From positions 15,052,795 to 15,116,794 of the forward strand of contig NC_092670.1 in assembly GCF_964355755.1 (NCBI RefSeq): DNA of 64,000 bases, written 5' to 3'. The stretch comes from Antedon mediterranea. Its lineage: Eukaryota > Animalia > Echinodermata. Shown one piece after another: positions 62,701-64,000 of this stretch. A model generated the notes under the pieces. It had not been told where the DNA came from, searched no databases, and saw only the letters and a list, made by a program, of their open reading frames with translations. Position numbers and translations under genes: made by a program. Position 1 is the first letter of the stretch. The number at the start of each line of letters is the position of its first letter.

Positions 62701-63894
62701 ACAAAGTTACTATTCCCACTTCTCTGTAATTCAATTGTCAAATCAGCTGATTCATCGGCAAAACCGCTTGTTTCAATATTAATTTCTGCCATCGTGACTG
62801 GTACACTAAATTCAAAACGGACGGAGACAGAGGTGACATCTTGACCAGTACTCCATGGTCTTAAGGAACCTTGTCTGGAGGCACCTATGGCATCTTCTTG
62901 TTGATTAACAAACCTGGCTCTTTCATATCTATCCAAATTGCCAAATTCTTCCATATTGATGCCACAAATTGCTGTTAAAAAATGCTCATGTTATTTAATC
63001 TAAGTGCAATCTTTAGTATTCATATTTTCATATTGTAATGTTTATTTTAATACAAACAGTTTCATCTTAATGCTATTATTCTTATTGTAATATTTTTTTA
63101 TATACCGTAATAAATAAGTAAACAAATAAAATAAAACATAATTTCACTAGATGTCATTTTAAACACATACCACTAACATCCGGGCCAGTCCATTCTCTCA
63201 AATTTGTAAATTACGATGCAAGAAATAGGATATTAGATTGTGTTCAGCACTTTATTTTATTACTATTTATATTTACAATTTTTAGGCCCTGGCCCCTCCA
63301 TACAGCTTTTTCAAATTATTGGATCTGCCACTGGGGGATGTATTTAAACACAAGAAAACTGCGAATACTGTGATAACACAAAAATTCAAATTTATAGTGC
63401 CACTAATGACATTTTTTAACCATTTATTTTACCTGTGTTTGTTGTCAATCGAGTTGTGGTTGCTTCACTTGTTGTGGTAGGGGCATTGCTTGTCGTTGAA
63501 GGAATAGTAGGTTCTGACATTGTTTGCATGGATGTTGTTGGACGTGTTGTAACAACTACTGTAGTAAAAGTGGTTGTTGTTTCAACTGATTAAAAAAAAA
63601 AAATGGGAATTTATCACTGCCCTGTTTATCACCTACTTTTCAGAATTCCTACTTTCCTTAAATAATCAATGCAATGCATAAACAAGTTAGTTGGCAGAAT
63701 TAAAGTTAAAAACATTCAAATTGGTGTCCCATTCAAAAAAACAATAACTTACTCTCATCACAGCCAAGGAAGTCAATGTGGATTATATTATCCTCTACAG
63801 CATCTTCCACAACAACCAATTTGATAGCTACAACATGTCGAAGCTCTTCAGGAAACTCATATGTAAACATATCAGTACTGTCAATCACAAACAG
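5372..63894 (-). CDS. Giant secreted gel-forming mucin-like / hemocytin-SCO-spondin-like glycoprotein (3' portion; 73 exons traced, 5' end outside window)
   Basis: Chain of GT-AG exons with compatible phases encoding PTS repeats, 7.5 discoidin-like domains, kringle, TIL, VWC-like, LDLa and a terminal cystine knot; stop TAA at 5372-5374. Individual exons are listed below. Confidence 0.9.
5918..5960 (-). CDS. Mucin exon, VWC end
   Basis: [14 protein letters not shown]; AG/gtaagt. Confidence 0.88.
6343..6444 (-). CDS. Mucin exon, VWC middle
   Basis: [34 protein letters not shown]. Confidence 0.88.
6549..6577 (-). CDS. Mucin micro-exon, VWC start
   Basis: (V)CLVNNQIYN; ttacag/gtgagt. Confidence 0.8.
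6748..6916. mobile_element. PIF/Harbinger-type MITE
   Basis: TIR gggcctgtt / aacaggccc, 3-bp ATA flanks. Confidence 0.55.
7102..7122 (-). CDS. Mucin micro-exon (21 nt)
   Basis: GTTPMVE; tttag/gtaagg; phase 1-1. Confidence 0.72.
7190..7520. mobile_element. Kolobok-type MITE
   Basis: TIR agatgtattgtccccc / gggggacaatacatct, TTAA on both sides; related copy at ~8094-8604. Confidence 0.8.
7679..7705 (-). CDS. Mucin micro-exon (27 nt)
   Basis: GTTEATSQT; phase 1-1. Confidence 0.72.
8676..8708 (-). CDS. Mucin micro-exon (33 nt)
   Basis: [11 protein letters not shown]; phase 1-1. Confidence 0.72.
9425..9573. mobile_element. PIF/Harbinger-type MITE
   Basis: Imperfect TIR agcctgttattctactagg / cctagtggaaaataggct, TAA TSD. 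Confidence 0.6.
9704..9882. mobile_element. Dispersed MITE-like family (gatcatgtcaaaa...actgcagta)
   Basis: Inverted ends; related copies near 25735-25940, 34200-34390, 37545-37680, 55065-55270. Confidence 0.5.
9958..9999 (-). CDS. Mucin micro-exon (42 nt)
   Basis: [14 protein letters not shown]; phase 1-1. Confidence 0.72.
10152..10193 (-). CDS. Mucin micro-exon (42 nt, duplicate of 9958-9999)
   Basis: [14 protein letters not shown]; flanking intron sequence also duplicated. Confidence 0.72.
10392..10421 (-). CDS. Mucin micro-exon (30 nt, weak donor)
   Basis: [10 protein letters not shown]; donor context cat|gttaac. Confidence 0.5.
10593..10619 (-). CDS. Mucin micro-exon (27 nt)
   Basis: GTQPPSTTT; phase 1-1. 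Confidence 0.7.
10795..10821 (-). CDS. Mucin micro-exon (27 nt, GAG acceptor)
   Basis: GTQPPSTTT, identical to 10593-10619. Confidence 0.6.
11174..11458 (-). CDS. Mucin Thr-rich PTS exon
   Basis: 285 nt, phase 1-1, [16 protein letters not shown]... Confidence 0.88.
11751..11907 (-). CDS. Mucin exon, discoidin/FA58C-like C-half
   Basis: [10 protein letters not shown]...LRIEVNDF...SLQFDMLGC. Confidence 0.85.
12478..12897. mobile_element. MITE with ~30-bp TIRs and internal ~85-bp tandem duplication
   Basis: aagaacttataacagaagaatctcctgttc vs gaacaggagattcttgtgttataagttctt; TATA flanks; ~12589-12672 repeated at ~12676-12757. Confidence 0.72.
13343..13503. mobile_element. Abundant Harbinger-like MITE (agctctgtctacactatcaaact TIR)
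   Basis: Copies at 33420-33582, ~37141-37262, ~42325-42471; partial copies at ~27160-27240, ~45685-45715, ~62540-62660; 3-bp flanks identical in some copies. Confidence 0.78.
13583..13833 (-). CDS. Mucin exon, discoidin/FA58C-like N-half
   Basis: [10 protein letters not shown]...[19 protein letters not shown]. Confidence 0.85.
14318..15383 (-). CDS. Mucin PTS exon with ([10 protein letters not shown])n 15-bp repeats
   Basis: 1066 nt; starts [15 protein letters not shown]. Confidence 0.92.
15617..15721 (-). CDS. Mucin exon, VWC-like
   Basis: [35 protein letters not shown]. Confidence 0.87.
16302..16501 (-). CDS. Mucin exon, TIL-like
   Basis: [12 protein letters not shown]...CLCEDGYY...[13 protein letters not shown]. 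Confidence 0.87.
16824..16859 (-). CDS. Mucin micro-exon (36 nt)
   Basis: [12 protein letters not shown]; gtaagc donor. Confidence 0.75.
17195..17315 (-). CDS. Mucin exon, truncated VWC-like
   Basis: [14 protein letters not shown]...[13 protein letters not shown]. Confidence 0.8.
18412..18465. mobile_element. 54-bp Harbinger-type micro-MITE
   Basis: agggtc..tttcacacc / ggtgtgaaagaccct, TAA TSD; related tttcacacc element at ~25030-25530. Confidence 0.6.
18840..19078 (-). CDS. Mucin exon, divergent TIL-like
   Basis: [10 protein letters not shown]...ECGCPYGF...[18 protein letters not shown]. Confidence 0.85.
19270..20110 (+). pseudogene. Decayed LINE ORF2 endonuclease (APE) fragment
   Basis: Frameshifted motifs [39 protein letters not shown]. 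Confidence 0.75.
20332..20416 (-). CDS. Mucin exon
   Basis: [28 protein letters not shown]. Confidence 0.83.
20560..20800 (-). mobile_element. SINE-like element (second copy ~56600-56760)
   Basis: Shared ggaccta(c)ggtttaaagtccttatccgaaaagac...ccaccagaac..ggagcgag..ctcaaacc; decayed tRNA-like head on the minus strand. Confidence 0.55.
21135..21257 (-). CDS. Mucin exon, VWC-like
   Basis: [15 protein letters not shown]...[13 protein letters not shown]. Confidence 0.85.
22859..23112 (-). CDS. Mucin exon, divergent TIL-like
   Basis: [12 protein letters not shown]...[10 protein letters not shown]...[15 protein letters not shown]. Confidence 0.86.
23346..23411 (-). CDS. Mucin short PTS exon
   Basis: [22 protein letters not shown]; 66 nt. 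Confidence 0.8.
23869..24051 (-). CDS. Mucin exon, TIL-like plus Thr tail
   Basis: [12 protein letters not shown]...CNCGAG...CLIVENCP. Confidence 0.86.
24287..24424 (-). CDS. Mucin PTS exon
   Basis: [20 protein letters not shown]...; 138 nt. Confidence 0.82.
24805..24847 (-). CDS. Mucin exon, VWC-like end
   Basis: [14 protein letters not shown]. Confidence 0.8.
25577..25687 (-). CDS. Mucin exon, VWC-like
   Basis: [16 protein letters not shown]...[11 protein letters not shown]. Confidence 0.83.
26178..26348 (-). CDS. Mucin exon, VWC-like plus Thr
   Basis: [14 protein letters not shown]...[14 protein letters not shown]. Confidence 0.83.
26741..27006 (-). CDS. Mucin exon, divergent TIL-like
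   Basis: [13 protein letters not shown]...CECPVGTVF...[16 protein letters not shown]. Confidence 0.86.
27253..27334 (-). CDS. Mucin exon
   Basis: [27 protein letters not shown]. Confidence 0.82.
27500..29010 (+). mobile_element. 5'-truncated CR1-clade LINE (reverse transcriptase, pseudogenised)
   Basis: [62 protein letters not shown]; in-frame stop at 27590 and frameshift near 27955. Confidence 0.92.
30823..30939 (-). CDS. Mucin exon, VWC-like
   Basis: [19 protein letters not shown]...[14 protein letters not shown]. Confidence 0.85.
31104..33098. mobile_element. Foldback element with ~16-17 bp ggacaa(c/t)tacccc tandem arms
   Basis: C-rich arm 31104-~31860 mirrored by G-rich arm ~32860-33098; gttaaaatac duplicated at 31094-31103 and 33099-33108. 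Confidence 0.88.
32473..32806. mobile_element. Nested Mutator-like non-autonomous element
   Basis: TIR gggtgtttcgaaactagagacccgagaccagagacc; internal tacgaaaagggagacc repeats; 9-bp TSD gttaaaaac (32464-72, 32807-15). Confidence 0.9.
33651..33940 (-). CDS. Mucin exon, divergent TIL-like
   Basis: [11 protein letters not shown]...CACPPGYE...[13 protein letters not shown]. Confidence 0.86.
34440..34800. repeat. ~21-bp minisatellite (aataaattagcatatcct-like)
   Basis: Degenerate tandem copies. Confidence 0.7.
34823..34870 (-). CDS. Mucin micro-exon (48 nt)
   Basis: [15 protein letters not shown]. Confidence 0.78.
35974..36189 (-). CDS. Mucin exon, PT-rich plus LDL receptor class A repeat
   Basis: [33 protein letters not shown]. 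Confidence 0.9.
36404..36449 (-). CDS. Mucin exon, VWC end
   Basis: [15 protein letters not shown]. Confidence 0.83.
36614..36753 (-). CDS. Mucin exon, VWC
   Basis: [25 protein letters not shown]...CQQPVC. Confidence 0.88.
36909..36966 (-). CDS. Mucin exon
   Basis: [19 protein letters not shown]. Confidence 0.8.
37696..37880 (-). CDS. Mucin exon, VWC-like (acceptor uncertain)
   Basis: [16 protein letters not shown]...[19 protein letters not shown]; acceptor phase conflicts with the upstream donor. Confidence 0.7.
38483..38670 (-). CDS. Mucin exon, canonical TIL
   Basis: [17 protein letters not shown]...CSPGCVCPE...CIETCPC. Confidence 0.9.
38770..38940. mobile_element. PIF/Harbinger-type MITE
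   Basis: TIR ggccaatttacacagaca / tgtctgtgtaaattggcc; TAA TSD. Confidence 0.75.
39175..39337 (-). CDS. Mucin exon, VWC-like
   Basis: [15 protein letters not shown]...NECCHCAP. Confidence 0.85.
39946..40211 (-). CDS. Mucin exon, Thr linker plus canonical TIL
   Basis: [16 protein letters not shown]...[11 protein letters not shown]...[13 protein letters not shown]. Confidence 0.9.
40698..40857 (-). CDS. Mucin exon, discoidin/FA58C-like C-half
   Basis: ...[10 protein letters not shown]...SIRFDFYGC. Confidence 0.88.
41023..41856 (-). mobile_element. Non-autonomous Helitron
   Basis: Minus strand starts A|TCTATATATAAA and ends with a GC-rich hairpin plus CTAG|T. Confidence 0.72.
41974..42227 (-). 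CDS. Mucin exon, discoidin/FA58C-like N-half
   Basis: DCANPL...PW...[11 protein letters not shown]. Confidence 0.87.
42666..42722 (-). CDS. Mucin short PTS exon
   Basis: [19 protein letters not shown]. Confidence 0.8.
42882..43136 (-). CDS. Mucin exon, kringle domain
   Basis: [21 protein letters not shown]...[22 protein letters not shown]; phase 1-1. Confidence 0.95.
44043..44075 (-). CDS. Mucin micro-exon (33 nt)
   Basis: [11 protein letters not shown]. Confidence 0.7.
44595..44630. mobile_element. 36-bp palindromic micro-element with 7-bp TSD
   Basis: catggacctataaat-taatct-atttataggtccatg flanked by tagtaag on both sides. Confidence 0.7.
44961..45656 (-). CDS. Mucin repeat exon (GEPSGSTT)n, 24-bp units
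   Basis: 696 nt, phase 1-1, 27 units. Confidence 0.87.
46194..46226 (-). CDS. Mucin micro-exon (33 nt)
   Basis: [11 protein letters not shown]. Confidence 0.65.
46501..46542 (-). CDS. Mucin micro-exon (42 nt)
   Basis: [13 protein letters not shown]. Confidence 0.7.
46994..48310 (+). pseudogene. LINE ORF1-type (coiled coil plus RRM/CTD, Transposase_22/L1TD1-like) pseudogene
   Basis: [34 protein letters not shown]; one frame from 46994 once the insert is removed, with two in-frame stops. Confidence 0.82.
47239..47591 (+). mobile_element. 3' end of another LINE inserted into the ORF1
   Basis: [24 protein letters not shown] plus 3'UTR and aaat tail; 7-bp TSD ttgtaag at 47232-38 and 47592-98. 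Confidence 0.8.
48477..49199 (-). CDS. Mucin repeat exon (TPEPTTT)n/(APESTT)n
   Basis: 723 nt, phase 1-1. Confidence 0.88.
49296..49464 (-). CDS. Mucin exon, discoidin-like C-half
   Basis: NERFVIEK...TRQFQIHLL...FNIILHGC. Confidence 0.83.
49556..49821 (-). CDS. Mucin exon, discoidin-like N-half
   Basis: HCDLNLGME...PW...[10 protein letters not shown]. Confidence 0.85.
49995..50031 (+). ncRNA. Second minimal hammerhead motif (core variant) in a Penelope-like remnant
   Basis: gca CTGCTGA agg-gacagtgttg-cct GAAA GCTC tgc; A-to-C change in the CUGANGA box; remnant lies between ~40-bp direct repeats (~49851, ~50124). Confidence 0.5.
50499..51131 (-). CDS. Mucin repeat exon (PEPTT)n/(PEPTTTT)n
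   Basis: 633 nt, phase 1-1. Confidence 0.89.
51839..52459 (-). CDS. Mucin repeat exon ([11 protein letters not shown])n, 33-bp units
   Basis: 621 nt, phase 1-1; absent from the ORF track (no ATG). Confidence 0.87.
52653..52706 (-). CDS. Mucin short exon
   Basis: [17 protein letters not shown]; paralogous to 53117-53164. Confidence 0.75.
53117..53164 (-). CDS. Mucin short exon
   Basis: [15 protein letters not shown]. Confidence 0.75.
53508..53666 (-). CDS. Mucin Thr-rich exon
   Basis: 159 nt, phase 1-1. Confidence 0.85.
53945..54074 (-). CDS. Mucin exon, discoidin-like C-half
   Basis: ...[17 protein letters not shown]. Confidence 0.82.
54551..54792 (-). CDS. Mucin exon, discoidin-like N-half
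   Basis: ECFEEL...W...[14 protein letters not shown]. Confidence 0.84.
55304..55498 (-). CDS. Mucin Thr-rich exon
   Basis: 195 nt, phase 1-1. Confidence 0.85.
55816..55972 (-). CDS. Mucin exon, discoidin-like C-half
   Basis: ...[10 protein letters not shown]...LDLTFLGC. Confidence 0.83.
56258..56514 (-). CDS. Mucin exon, discoidin-like N-half
   Basis: VCRKDLGMD...W...[13 protein letters not shown]. Confidence 0.85.
56897..57055 (-). CDS. Mucin Thr-rich exon
   Basis: 159 nt; tandem GAG-TAG acceptor (alternative start 57058). Confidence 0.83.
57102..57765 (-). mobile_element. Helentron-associated / DINE-1-like element
   Basis: Subterminal IR tacctccgcc/ggcggaggta, (GTTT)n microsatellite, 3' hairpin cactctcggagtg then ctag; sits in (TAA)n; decayed copy at ~35455-35800 on plus. 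Confidence 0.7.
58011..59090 (-). CDS. Mucin repeat exon (AGPPSTT)n, 21-bp units
   Basis: 1080 nt, phase 1-1. Confidence 0.92.
59592..59754 (-). CDS. Mucin exon, discoidin-like C-half
   Basis: VFEIEAP...VKIIKFTV...VEPLGC. Confidence 0.83.
60101..60384 (-). CDS. Mucin exon, discoidin/FA58C-like N-half
   Basis: PCSRIL...GYWTP...[14 protein letters not shown]...FSIRY. Confidence 0.88.
60476..60595 (-). CDS. Mucin Thr-rich exon
   Basis: 120 nt, phase 1-1. Confidence 0.83.
61227..61383 (-). CDS. Mucin exon, discoidin-like C-half
   Basis: VYSFSF...IGISIVGC. Confidence 0.82.
61730..62535 (-). mobile_element. 5'-truncated L2/CR1-group LINE 3' end
   Basis: [42 protein letters not shown]; aataaa and (att)n tail. 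Confidence 0.85.
62667..62971 (-). CDS. Mucin exon, discoidin-like N-half
   Basis: ICGINME...PW...[15 protein letters not shown]. Confidence 0.84.
63433..63585 (-). CDS. Mucin Thr-rich exon
   Basis: 153 nt, phase 1-1. Confidence 0.84.
63753..63894 (-). CDS. Mucin exon, discoidin-like C-half (N-half beyond window)
   Basis: LFVID...VVAIKLVV...HIDFLGC. Confidence 0.82.
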
Positions 63895-64000
63895 CTAAAA
63901 AAAATATATATACTATGATTAGAATATTAATAATGATAATAATAATTGTTTTTCATATAGTGCCTAACCAAATTAATTTTCTATGAAACACTACGTCCAG

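Overview
AT-rich, intron-rich animal genomic DNA (invertebrate-like; echinoderm or related marine deuterostome is a guess from the repeat families, not proven). About 58.5 kb (5372-63894, minus strand) is the 3' part of one giant gel-forming-mucin-like gene whose 5' end lies beyond the right edge. I traced 73 GT-AG exons (~14.2 kb, ~4,700 aa); reading-frame phases agree at every junction but one. N-to-C architecture in the window: divergent discoidin/FA58C-like domains alternating with Thr/Pro/Ser/Glu tandem-repeat exons, one kringle, TIL and VWC-like modules, one LDLa, a last discoidin-like domain, a cluster of duplicated 21-42 nt symmetric micro-exons, VWC and an 11-Cys C-terminal cystine knot. 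Downstream, a second minus-strand gene (exons 3038-2987 and 366-209) encodes a signal peptide plus a propeptide ending in RKKR. Introns carry two ~2 kb foldback elements (one with a nested element), several MITE families with TIR/TSD evidence, a Helitron, Helentron/DINE-like elements, decayed LINE pieces, SINEs and Penelope-like remnants with minimal hammerhead ribozyme motifs. All calls come from reading the sequence by eye; no database searches were run.
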